A DNA stretch of 64,000 bases from a virus. This document shows positions 28,533 to 37,255 of this stretch, one piece after another (position 1 is the first letter of the stretch; the number at the start of each line of letters is the position of its first letter). Location: IMG/VR virus record IMGVR_UViG_3300029235_000303; one strand, given 5' to 3'. The notes beneath the pieces are model-generated. The model was not told the DNA's origin, did not search any database, and worked only from the letters and a program-made list of their open reading frames with translations. Made by a program: the position numbers and the translations under genes.

Positions 28533-28724
28533 ATGGTGATATGTAAAAATTGTTTAATTGCTATGGTAGAGACTATGAGTTTTCAACCAGGAGAAAGAAA
28601 TCGACATGATAGATATTGTAAGTGTCCAAAATGTAAAAGAGAAACTAAACATATTAAAGTTATGAATTCTGAATTGTCTTTCGGTGAATATATGAATAAA
28701 GAATTGCGAAAGGCAGGTAGATGA
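28533..28724 (+). CDS. zinc-ribbon protein
   Basis: CKNC...CKCPKC; start overlaps the previous stop. Confidence 0.4.
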   Translation: MVICKNCLIAMVETMSFQPGERNRHDRYCKCPKCKRETKHIKVMNSELSFGEYMNKELRKAGR

Positions 28725-28725
28725 A

Positions 28726-30948
28726 ATGATTAATAAAGAGATGATGAGGATTATTAATAGTAATCCTGAGATGATGAAAATCATTAATGATTATTCAGAT
28801 GATGAAAACAAAAAATTAAAAAAATTATGTCACAAGATTTGGCGTGGGAAGATTGATATGTATGAATATGATGATTTATATGATGTCGCTATACAATGCT
28901 TAATGGAATCTGTGTATAGTTTTAATTCAGAGAAAGCAAATTTTGAAACATATTTAACAGGAAACATTAAAAGAAAATTTGATACATGGATGCGAGATAA
29001 TAGATTTCGACTAAAAAGAAATAATCTTGTCACGGATGAAAAAGGAAAAATAATTTATGACGAAAACGGCACTCCAACGATAATTAAAAATATCTCATTA
29101 GATGCACATACGGAAGATGATAATAACTTAATAGAGAAATTAGATTCAGGAATAAATATAGAAGATGAATGTAAATTTAATTTTGATTCTGATGAAAAAG
29201 TAGAAAAGTTTCTCAATTCATTATCTAAAATACAAAAAAATATCTTGCTTATGCGGATGGAGGATTTTCCTTCTGAGAAAATCAAAGAAGAATTAGGTAT
29301 TTCTAATGGAGAATATAACAGTGCAATGAAAGCAATAAAAATGAACAAAGGGCTTTCGATGTTCTCAATAAATAAAAATGATGGTGGTTATAATATGGAG
29401 GTAAATATGGAAGATAGAATTATTGAAATTAGCGAATCTGAAAATTACAGAATGGATAAATATAGTATGTACTCGTTGTTACAAGATAAAAAAAATGGGG
29501 ATATGAATTGCAACTATATCTTGCAGCGTGAACCGTTTCAATGGAGTAAGGAAGAAGCAAATAGATATTTCTGTCGTATTCTTAGCAATCTTCCAATTCC
29601 TGAAATTATACTTTGTGAACAGAAGAAAAAGGGATTAACTATATCACATTTGATTGATGGATTGCAGAGACTTTCATATGCAGAAGCTTTTAAGGAGAAT
29701 CGAATTAAGATTGGTTCGGCAGGAGCGGAAAGACACTTAATTCAGTATAGAGATTATGTTTTAGATGATAATGGAAATCGTGTGCCTGATGAAGAAGGAT
29801 TTCCTGAGTATGAAATGAAAGTTTTTGATGTTATTGGAAAATATTATAAAGATTTACCAGATGAGTTAAAGAAAAGATTTAATAATTTTAATATTAATGT
29901 AACAAAGTTTTTTGATTGTACTGACGAGCAGATTGCCGATCATATTCGTGATTACAATAATCATGCAAGTATGAATAAAGAACAGGGTGGATTACTCAAC
30001 GTATCAGCCGATATTGCTGGACATATTAAAAAGATTTCTCAAAAAAATTCATTTTTCAAAAACTGCGGTAAGTTTACAAATAATAATTCAATTAAAGGAA
30101 AACTTGAAAGAGTTGTTGTTGAATCAATTATGTTGTTATTCTTTCGTGAATCGTGGAGAGCGAGTTTAGATTCGATTTATAAATTCGTCAATGAAAATAC
30201 AACAGAACAGCAATTTTTAAAATTGAATTCACAGTTTAACAGATTGGAACTAGCATTAGGTGATAATAACAAAGATTTATCAAAGGAATTATTTACACCT
30301 ACAACAATGCCAATGTGGATTTCAGTGTTTGATAAATTTACTACATATAATATAGAAGATAGTCGTTTCGTAGATTTCTTAAATGCATATAACATAGAAC
30401 TCAAAGACAAAGAAATCAATGGTATATCAATGGCTGACTTTAAGGATCAACAGACCAAGAAAAAGACAACTATTGTAGGTAAGATTGATTTACTTATAAG
30501 GCTTATGAATGATTTTTTACATATTGATACAACTGAAACAGAGAATAATATAGAGTCTTCTGATAATAAGGTAACAAATGATAATGAATCTGAACAGAAT
30601 ACGGGTTGTGATGATGAAATATTATCATTTGTTAAAGAAAATGTTGCCGATGATATAGAGGATATTGATATAAAGGAATACCAGGATTTCGTGGATGTGT
30701 ATTTAGATATAAATAATCCATTATATATACAATGCAAGGCAGCATTAATGGCATTAACAGCATATGCTTACAGAACCGAAAAGGATGTTGAATTGGCGAC
30801 CTGGTTGGAAAATTATCAGAAGAATGCTACTGATAAGAATTATAGTCCATCACAAGATGTTAATTATAAGTATATTAAGATGGATTTTGATAATTACATA
30901 AACTTCTTAAATAATGTGAAGAAAGGAGGGATAATTAATGTTAATTAA
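28726..30948 (+). CDS. sigma-70-family-like N-terminal domain fused to DUF262/ParB-like (GmrSD N-terminal type) domain protein
   Basis: N-terminus ...FETYLTGNIKRKFDTWMRDNR... (sigma region 2 FxTY) and ...IQKNILLMRMEDFPSEKIKEELGISNGEYNSAMKAI (region 4 HTH). From about aa 250, ...ILQREPFQWSKEE...HLIDGLQRLS, the DUF262 DGQQR-type motif. Internal GGAGGTAAAT-ATG at 29410 is in frame. Confidence 0.5.
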   Translation: MINKEMMRIINSNPEMMKIINDYSDDENKKLKKLCHKIWRGKIDMYEYDDLYDVAIQCLMESVYSFNSEKANFETYLTGNIKRKFDTWMRDNRFRLKRNNLVTDEKGKIIYDENGTPTIIKNISLDAHTEDDNNLIEKLDSGINIEDECKFNFDSDEKVEKFLNSLSKIQKNILLMRMEDFPSEKIKEELGISNGEYNSAMKAIKMNKGLSMFSINKNDGGYNMEVNMEDRIIEISESENYRMDKYSMYSLLQDKKNGDMNCNYILQREPFQWSKEEANRYFCRILSNLPIPEIILCEQKKKGLTISHLIDGLQRLSYAEAFKENRIKIGSAGAERHLIQYRDYVLDDNGNRVPDEEGFPEYEMKVFDVIGKYYKDLPDELKKRFNNFNINVTKFFDCTDEQIADHIRDYNNHASMNKEQGGLLNVSADIAGHIKKISQKNSFFKNCGKFTNNNSIKGKLERVVVESIMLLFFRESWRASLDSIYKFVNENTTEQQFLKLNSQFNRLELALGDNNKDLSKELFTPTTMPMWISVFDKFTTYNIEDSRFVDFLNAYNIELKDKEINGISMADFKDQQTKKKTTIVGKIDLLIRLMNDFLHIDTTETENNIESSDNKVTNDNESEQNTGCDDEILSFVKENVADDIEDIDIKEYQDFVDVYLDINNPLYIQCKAALMALTAYAYRTEKDVELATWLENYQKNATDKNYSPSQDVNYKYIKMDFDNYINFLNNVKKGGIINVN

Positions 30949-31132
30949 AACATTGTTCAAAAGTATCGTATTGAAAAAGAAGATAAAAATCGAAGTAGTG
31001 GAAACCTTATCTGATATTTGTTTATACATACAATTAGACGGATTCAAAAAAGATAATGGGTATGGTCAATTTATGTATGCACATTATAACAATTTACAAG
31101 ATATTCTAAAAGAATATAAGGGAGAAAAATAA
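30938..31132 (+). CDS. hypothetical protein
   Basis: AAAGGAGGGATAATTA then ATG. Confidence 0.4.
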   Translation: MLIKTLFKSIVLKKKIKIEVVETLSDICLYIQLDGFKKDNGYGQFMYAHYNNLQDILKEYKGEK

Positions 31133-31223
31133 CTACGCAGGATATTACAATGTATTTTAGCAAAAAGTGTAATCCTAGACAGAACATAAATCTACCACTG
31201 ATTAATGAAAGGAGGGAAATTAA

Positions 31224-31418
31224 ATGATTGGATTTATTATGATTATAATTATAGTTTCAATTATATGTAGCTCATTTTTATTCGGATTTTACATGTCTTG
31301 TTGTAAAGAAAATGAAGTTGGAATGTTTAAAAAAACAACTTATGATGAAGAGAGATTAAATGAGTTAGAACAGCGAATTGAAATGTTAGAAAATAGGAAT
31401 CTAAGGGAGAATATATAA
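31224..31418 (+). CDS. small membrane protein
   Basis: AAAGGAGGGAAATTAA then ATG; one TM helix. Confidence 0.45.
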   Translation: MIGFIMIIIIVSIICSSFLFGFYMSCCKENEVGMFKKTTYDEERLNELEQRIEMLENRNLRENI

Positions 31419-31419
31419 A

Positions 31420-31578
31420 TGCCGGCATTTTTTATATTAGTCATTATAGGAATGATAATTTTATGGTTTCTACTGTCGCCTCTATTTTCAAAAATTGGTG
31501 AGTTTGTTACCAATATTATAAATAGGGTATTTTCGACAAATGAAATAAATAATGATAACGAAGAAAAGGAGACAAAGT
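31420..31578 (+). CDS. small membrane protein (about 52 aa)
   Basis: ATG next to the previous stop; hydrophobic N-terminus. Coordinates ±2. Confidence 0.3.
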
Positions 31579-32446
31579 GATGAAAAAAACAAAGAAAATT
31601 GGAGGAATTATAACAGTAGGTGTAATTGTTATTGTTGCAATACTATTGTTAATATCAAGTGTACGTGTGCCTGCTGGCTATATTGCCGTTCAGTACAGTA
31701 TGTCGGGTGGAGTAAAAGGCGATATTCTTACACAAGGATGGCATTTAAAGTCACCAACTGTAAAAACGACACTTTACTCGGTGAGTCTTGAACAGAGTTA
31801 TTTAACGTCTGGCAAGGACGGAGACTCTAAAGATGATGACAGCTTTTCAGCAAGTTCATCTGAAGGTAAGGCTATGCAGATAGATCTTACTTTTACATAT
31901 CAGTATAGTCCTGATAAGGTAGCTGATTTATTTACAAGATTCAGAGGTCAGTCTGGTAAGGAAGTAAGAGATAGTTTCATCAAACCAAACATTATTAGCT
32001 GGACTAAGGAAGTTGTTGCAAATTATAAGGTATCAGACATTCTTGGTTCTGAGAGAGCAAACGTTAATACAGCATTAACTGATTATCTTAATAAGAAGTT
32101 TGAACCTTATGGAATTGCAATTAGCAATGTATCATTAATTAACATTTCTGTGGATGAGAAGACACAAGAAGCTATTAATGCAAAGATTACAGCACAGCAG
32201 GCAGCCGAAACTCAGGAAATTAACAATCAGACAGCTATTAATAAGGCAAAGGCAGATGCAGAAGTAACTAAGGCAGAAGCAAAGGCTAAAGCTGATGCAC
32301 AGCTCATAGAAGCTCAGGCACAGGCAGAAGCTAACAGTAAATTAAGTTCTTCAATCACTGATGAACTTATAAGAATGAAGGAAGCAGAAGCAAGAGTTGA
32401 ACATGGCTGGGTCGAAATTCAGGGTGTCAATACTGTAGTTAAGTAA
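31577..32446 (+). CDS. SPFH/band-7 (prohibitin/HflC-like) domain protein
   Basis: N-terminal TM, then ...VRVPAGYIAVQYSMSGGVKGDILTQGWHLKSP... and an Ala/Gln/Glu-rich coiled-coil C-terminus. Less AT-skewed codons than neighbours. Confidence 0.65.
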   Translation: MMKKTKKIGGIITVGVIVIVAILLLISSVRVPAGYIAVQYSMSGGVKGDILTQGWHLKSPTVKTTLYSVSLEQSYLTSGKDGDSKDDDSFSASSSEGKAMQIDLTFTYQYSPDKVADLFTRFRGQSGKEVRDSFIKPNIISWTKEVVANYKVSDILGSERANVNTALTDYLNKKFEPYGIAISNVSLINISVDEKTQEAINAKITAQQAAETQEINNQTAINKAKADAEVTKAEAKAKADAQLIEAQAQAEANSKLSSSITDELIRMKEAEARVEHGWVEIQGVNTVVK

Positions 32447-32487
32447 TTATAAAGTAAATAAGGGTGTGGTGAAATTCCGCACCTGAC

Positions 32488-32565
32488 AATGGGCTGTGGT
32501 GAAGTGGTCAACACAACAGATTTTGATTCTGTCATTCGTGAGTTCAAGTCCCACCAGCCTAGTCT
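32488..32565 (+). other. tRNA-like element (imperfect; candidate tRNA-Gln UUG-like or att-site fragment)
   Basis: Perfect anticodon-arm-like hairpin ACAGA-TTTTGAT-TCTGT, canonical T-loop GTGAG-TTCAAGT-CCCAC, and acceptor-like pairing TGGGCTG/CAGCCTA, but no clean D-arm. A GC-rich island with atypical codons; 5' segment duplicated as GGGTGTGGTGAA / GGGCTGTGGTGAA. Confidence 0.3.
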
Positions 32566-32677
32566 TGAATCATTAAATCAGTTGGTAGAGCATTTGATTT
32601 TTAAGATGTTGGAAGACAGAAATGCAAAGAAACTAATCAAGATGAAAGTAACGTAGCATTTCAGGAGGTAGAATTGT

Positions 32678-32842
32678 ATGAAAAAGATAATTAAAAGCTA
32701 TATGGAATACGGAAAACATTGTGGAATTGCGAAACAAGTCGAAGGAAAGGTCGTTGATGCAGAATTAGGAAAAGATAATCTTTGGCATTTTGAATTTGGT
32801 GGATATAAATGGGTAGCAAGCGACTATGCATTTAAAGAGTAA
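32678..32842 (+). CDS. small hypothetical protein (54 aa)
   Basis: AGGAGGTAGAATTGT then ATG. Confidence 0.35.
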   Translation: MKKIIKSYMEYGKHCGIAKQVEGKVVDAELGKDNLWHFEFGGYKWVASDYAFKE

Positions 32843-32872
32843 AATTCTTTTCTTTGAATTATGAGGTGAAAT

Positions 32873-33148
32873 ATGGAGATACAAGAAATGGAAGTACATC
32901 AAACAGTAAAAAAATATATCTTAACAGAGGACGAATATCATAGTTTAATAAACCAAAATAGAAAATATGGAAGCAGAAAAATTAAAGAGTATATTATTTT
33001 TTGCATAGAGTATTACAAATTTGAATTAAACATTCGTGGAAGGCAAGAATTAATTCAGGATATTATTAATTTTGTAGAAGGAAACAGAAATGATATTCTG
33101 AATTTATATGACAAGAATTTTTTTAAATGGTTGGATGAAAATAGGTAA
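32873..33148 (+). CDS. hypothetical protein
   Basis: ATGAGGTGAAAT then ATG. Confidence 0.4.
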   Translation: MEIQEMEVHQTVKKYILTEDEYHSLINQNRKYGSRKIKEYIIFCIEYYKFELNIRGRQELIQDIINFVEGNRNDILNLYDKNFFKWLDENR

Positions 33149-33199
33149 ATGATAACAAGAATTAAATGTCCGATTTCTTTGGAAGGGAGGTAGAAAAAG

Positions 33200-33445
33200 A
33201 TGTTTAGAAGAAAAACAAAACTTGAGAAAATATTAGACAAGAGAATAAATTATGTGACATTTAGAGATTTTTTATCATCGTTATCACATAAGGAATTACA
33301 TATCTTGGCAGAAGAAATAATCTGGAAAGATTATGATGGATATAATGGTTCATCTTGTTATATGGAACAAAATCATTATGACTTAATGGATAGATGGCAA
33401 AAAGAATTTTATATAGAGGAAAGAGAGTATTTATTGCCATATTAA
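33200..33445 (+). CDS. hypothetical protein
   Basis: GATTTCTTTGG, then AAGGGAGGTAGAAAAAG, then ATG. Confidence 0.4.
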   Translation: MFRRKTKLEKILDKRINYVTFRDFLSSLSHKELHILAEEIIWKDYDGYNGSSCYMEQNHYDLMDRWQKEFYIEEREYLLPY

Positions 33446-33476
33446 TGTTAGGTTTCATAGGAAGAAAGGTGAAAAG

Positions 33477-33848
33477 ATGCAAATAAATATTAGTTATACA
33501 TTATATACAGACGGTGATTACAGTTTAAGGAATGCCGAAGATTTTGGCTGTACTAATAGAGATGTAGTAGTTGATGATTCTGAATATTATGATTATATTG
33601 GTTCTATGGAATTTAAATATGAAGATGAGTGGCATTGTAAAAGCGAAGCAAAAGATTTTCTTTGGAGATTTTTATGTGATGGAATTCATATATCTTATAC
33701 ACATCCTTGGTTGCTTAAAGATTTTTATGATATTATGAAATATTTAGAAAATGTTATCAATGAATATCAAGAGGGAATATCTGTAGAAAAAAGGCAAATA
33801 ACAGGTAATTATGAAGGTACTGAAATTAAAATAGAAATATCACAGTAA
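33477..33848 (+). CDS. hypothetical protein
   Basis: GGTTTCATAGG, then AAGAAAGGTGAAAAG, then ATG. Confidence 0.4.
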   Translation: MQINISYTLYTDGDYSLRNAEDFGCTNRDVVVDDSEYYDYIGSMEFKYEDEWHCKSEAKDFLWRFLCDGIHISYTHPWLLKDFYDIMKYLENVINEYQEGISVEKRQITGNYEGTEIKIEISQ

Positions 33849-33885
33849 AGTTCGATTTCATAGGAAAGTGAGGAGAAAATAATTT

Positions 33886-34248
33886 ATGAATGGTATACAA
33901 ATTATATCGCAAGAAGCAATGACAACACTCAGAGTTATACCAGCTATCTTATTGGTATTATCAATGTTTATAATCTTACCAATAACATTCCGTATTGGAA
34001 ATAAAACGAATAATTGGAAGTTGGCATTTAAGTTTGAAATAATATCTGGAATAATATATGGAATTATAATTATAACGATTTTATTTTTAGGATTGTTTGA
34101 TAAGCCAACAGGCTATTATAAATACACTGTAAAAATTTCTAATGAATGTAGTTTATTGGAATTTAACGAACAATACAAAATTATCAAAGAAAATAGAGAC
34201 GGAACATATGTTATTACTGATGATTTAGATTATGAAAATGGAAGATAA
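33886..34248 (+). CDS. membrane protein (2-3 TM)
   Basis: GATTTCATAGG, then AAAGTGAGGAG, then ATG. Confidence 0.45.
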   Translation: MNGIQIISQEAMTTLRVIPAILLVLSMFIILPITFRIGNKTNNWKLAFKFEIISGIIYGIIIITILFLGLFDKPTGYYKYTVKISNECSLLEFNEQYKIIKENRDGTYVITDDLDYENGR

Positions 34249-34294
34249 AGCCAAGTAAAACTTCGTTTCATGCGAAATTAAGAAAGGAGACAAT

Positions 34295-34606
34295 ATGTTA
34301 AACGTAGGAGATTATGTAGGGCAGATTAACAAAGATTCATCTGGTGTATGGAAGTTATATAAGGATAAGATAAATAAAATCACTACAACAAAGAAATATG
34401 GTAGAAGATATTTTACCAAGACAGTGTTTCGACCATTAGATGCAGATGATGTAGATAATAATACAAAAGACATGGAAGAGTCGATTGGTAAAGGATATAT
34501 CATCACAAGAGAAGTGTTTGGATTAAATGATAAGACAAGAACATATGCTGAAAGATGGATAAAATGGGCTAATGAAAACCCAAATAAGGCAACTGGTTTG
34601 ATATAA
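34295..34606 (+). CDS. hypothetical protein
   Basis: AAGAAAGGAGACAAT then ATG. Confidence 0.4.
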   Translation: MLNVGDYVGQINKDSSGVWKLYKDKINKITTTKKYGRRYFTKTVFRPLDADDVDNNTKDMEESIGKGYIITREVFGLNDKTRTYAERWIKWANENPNKATGLI

Positions 34607-34739
34607 ATGGAGAATATAACAGTAAAAACAATTAACAAAAATAAATATAAGAAAGAAGAGGTACAAAACATGGATGGATTTATGATGTTTAAGAAGGCTT
34701 TACAGAAGCACTTCGATGAAATGCAGAAAGAAGAAGACA

Positions 34740-35747
34740 ATGACAAAAGACAATTATAGTATTTATAAGCATACATCACCAAGCGGTAAATCTTATATAG
34801 GAATTACAAAGCAAGGAAAGAAAAGATTTGGTAAAGACGGAAATGGTTATAAAAAACAAAGAAAATTTTATAATGCTATTCAAAAATATGGGTGGGATAA
34901 TTTTAAACATGAAATTATAGAAGATAATTTATCTTTTGAACAAGCCTGTTTTGGTGAACAGCTATATATTGAAATTTATGATTCAATAAATAATGGGTAC
35001 AATATTGCAATTGGAGGAGAGGGTGTACAAGAAATAGGGAATAGAAAGGTTGTGCATTTCTCACAAGATTTAAAACCTGTAAACATTTTTAAATCAGTTT
35101 CATATTGTTCAAATATAGTAGGATTTAAAAGTATCACAACGATTAGTAATTGGTGCTATGATGGAAAACTTCACTGTGGATATTATTGGAAATTTTTAGA
35201 TGAATGTGAAAATGTAAAAATTGATTATGATTTATTTGATGATGTTATGGTGAATTATAATTATTTGAATTTTAATCCATATTCTGACAAAGAAGAAAAA
35301 ATTCATAATTCTCAGAAAGGCAAAAGAAGCAATAGTAAACGAAAAATAAATCAATATGCAATGGATGGAACTTATATACGAACATGGGATAGTATTATTG
35401 ATGCGGTTACATATTATAAGATGCCAAATGATTCAACAATTATAAGAGCAATAAAAAATAAGTACAATTGTTTTGGATACAGATGGACATATTACGATGG
35501 AAGTATTGCAGATATATTACCTAATATAACCAAGAATAAGAAAATCTTACAGTTTGATATAAATGAAGTTTTTATAAATAAATATAATAATTCCATACAA
35601 GCAGAAAAAGAAACTGGAATATCCAGAAAAAATATTACTAGAGCTTGCAGTGGTGGAAGAAAAACAGCTGGTGGGTATATATGGAGATATGAAGAAAATA
35701 TGTCTGATGAGGATCTGGATAAGGCACTTGCAGAATTAAGTGAGTAA
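34740..35747 (+). CDS. GIY-YIG homing endonuclease with C-terminal NUMOD-like HTH repeats
   Basis: ...YSIYKHTSPSGKSYIGITKQ...RFGK... (GIY...YIG), downstream NGYNIAIGGEG. C-terminal ...AEKETGISRKNITRACSGGRKTAGGYIWRY (NUMOD1-like). Start 34716 or 34740. Confidence 0.65.
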   Translation: MTKDNYSIYKHTSPSGKSYIGITKQGKKRFGKDGNGYKKQRKFYNAIQKYGWDNFKHEIIEDNLSFEQACFGEQLYIEIYDSINNGYNIAIGGEGVQEIGNRKVVHFSQDLKPVNIFKSVSYCSNIVGFKSITTISNWCYDGKLHCGYYWKFLDECENVKIDYDLFDDVMVNYNYLNFNPYSDKEEKIHNSQKGKRSNSKRKINQYAMDGTYIRTWDSIIDAVTYYKMPNDSTIIRAIKNKYNCFGYRWTYYDGSIADILPNITKNKKILQFDINEVFINKYNNSIQAEKETGISRKNITRACSGGRKTAGGYIWRYEENMSDEDLDKALAELSE

Positions 35748-35858
35748 TTGTTACAAATATACCATATATAGTATTAATAAGCAATATATACTATATATGG
35801 TATATATTTTACGCTAGAAAGAAATGCACATTTCTTGAGAAATTTTGGAGGTTAAGAC

Positions 35859-36230
35859 ATGAAAAATAGAAATAGTTATGAACGATTAAAACGCATTCAG
35901 ACATCGTTATCTGAATTGTCAAAGAGTCTTGACGAACAGTATTGCAAGATGCGTCAGGAATGTATGGATGAAATTATTGAGGATAGAAAAGAATATGTGA
36001 CAAAGAAAAATGAAATGTATTCACTGTATGAGAAAATTTCTGAAAGCGATTCTATGAGAATGACATGGATTAAGAATAAATTACCATGGTATATTACAAA
36101 ATTTTGTAAGATTTCAAGTACAGAAATATCATTGAGAGATACAAGTATTTTAATTGGTGTAAATTTTGGAAAATCATATAGACCAAATTGTTATATTGAG
36201 ATTACACCAAGAGATATTGGATGGATTTAA
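35859..36230 (+). CDS. hypothetical protein
   Basis: TTGGAGGTTAAGAC then ATG. Confidence 0.4.
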   Translation: MKNRNSYERLKRIQTSLSELSKSLDEQYCKMRQECMDEIIEDRKEYVTKKNEMYSLYEKISESDSMRMTWIKNKLPWYITKFCKISSTEISLRDTSILIGVNFGKSYRPNCYIEITPRDIGWI

Positions 36231-36243
36231 GGAGAATAATACA

Positions 36244-36798
36244 ATGTCAAACTTATATGTATATCTAATATGCTCTCGTAACAAGGATAATAAGGATATT
36301 CCAAATTTCAAGGAACGAGCCGAGACAATCCTTGAATATAGAGAAAATGAAGATAAGGTAATTGATGCTTTTAAGAGTTTTGCAGTCAAAGGACTTACTG
36401 GCGAACAGACAAGGTTATACAGGTCAGTTAATTCAAGAAATGAAGAAAAAATCAGAGAAGAATTTATTATCCGTCTGTTGAGAGACAAACCAAGTATGAC
36501 ACAGCTTAATCGTACATTAGCATCCGTTGCACAGCAGGTACAAAATCGTGATGAGAGTAAATGGCTGTTTGATTTTGATGTGGATGATAGAGAAATGGCG
36601 GCTAATTTTCTTTCTGATATTAACCATTTTTCGGGAATTAAGCTCATTGATATGAAATGTCATAAGACTCCTCATGGCTATACTATTGTAGTTCCGCATG
36701 GTTTTGATACAAGAAAACTTATGGAAAAGTGGAAAGGTTATGATATTACATTAAAGAAAGATGGGCTGTTGTTTTTGGATATGATAACGAATAAGTGA
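36244..36798 (+). CDS. hypothetical protein (…KTPHGYTIVVPHGFD… motif)
   Basis: AAGGAGAATAATACA then ATG at 36244; track ORF 36166 is an extension. Confidence 0.4.
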   Translation: MSNLYVYLICSRNKDNKDIPNFKERAETILEYRENEDKVIDAFKSFAVKGLTGEQTRLYRSVNSRNEEKIREEFIIRLLRDKPSMTQLNRTLASVAQQVQNRDESKWLFDFDVDDREMAANFLSDINHFSGIKLIDMKCHKTPHGYTIVVPHGFDTRKLMEKWKGYDITLKKDGLLFLDMITNK

Positions 36799-36808
36799 GG
36801 TAAAATTG

Positions 36809-37252
36809 ATGAAATATAGAGAAGAAAATAAAGACTTGTTTACAGTACCAGAAGATTATTATTTAGCACATTGTATTAGTGCTGATTTTGGAATGGGTAA
36901 AGGGATTGTAGTTGAATTCAATAAAAGATTTGATATGAAACGAAAATTACAGACAAAATATCCAGATTATCTTAATCAGTATACTCATAAGAGAATTGGT
37001 GGTGACTGTCTATTAGAAGGTAGAGTATTAAATCTTATTACAAAAGAGAGATATTTTCACAAGCCAACAATCGTTACAATGAGACTTGCACTTGAAAAGA
37101 TGAAACAGATTTGTTTGGAGAATAATATCAAAAAGATTGCAATGCCTGTAATTGGTTGTGGTTTAGATAGGCTGAACTGGAATGATGTCTCAGAACAAAT
37201 TAAAAATGTTTTTGCAGATACGGATATTGAGATTTTAGTGTGTAAGAGGTGA
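36809..37252 (+). CDS. macro domain protein (OARD1/TARG1-like ADP-ribose processing)
   Basis: ...DLFTVPEDYYLAHCISADFGMGKGIVVEF... and ...IAMPVIGCGLDRLNWNDV... match the macro-domain ADP-ribose pocket motifs. Confidence 0.6.
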   Translation: MKYREENKDLFTVPEDYYLAHCISADFGMGKGIVVEFNKRFDMKRKLQTKYPDYLNQYTHKRIGGDCLLEGRVLNLITKERYFHKPTIVTMRLALEKMKQICLENNIKKIAMPVIGCGLDRLNWNDVSEQIKNVFADTDIEILVCKR

Positions 37253-37255
37253 ATT

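Noticed and set aside
31552-31791. 79-aa Cys-rich + strand ORF
   Set aside because: It is an out-of-frame overlap of the SPFH gene start, and its apparent Cys richness comes from TGT/TGC in the alternate frame.
32488-32565. Confident tRNA-Gln call
   Set aside because: The anticodon and T arms fit, but no acceptable D-arm or 7-bp acceptor stem can be drawn. It is kept only as a low-confidence tRNA-like element.
32488-32658. 57-aa ORF across the tRNA-like island
   Set aside because: No SD is present. It uses C-ending codons foreign to this genome. The nucleotide sequence folds into tRNA-like arms. An RNA or att element is more likely than a CDS.
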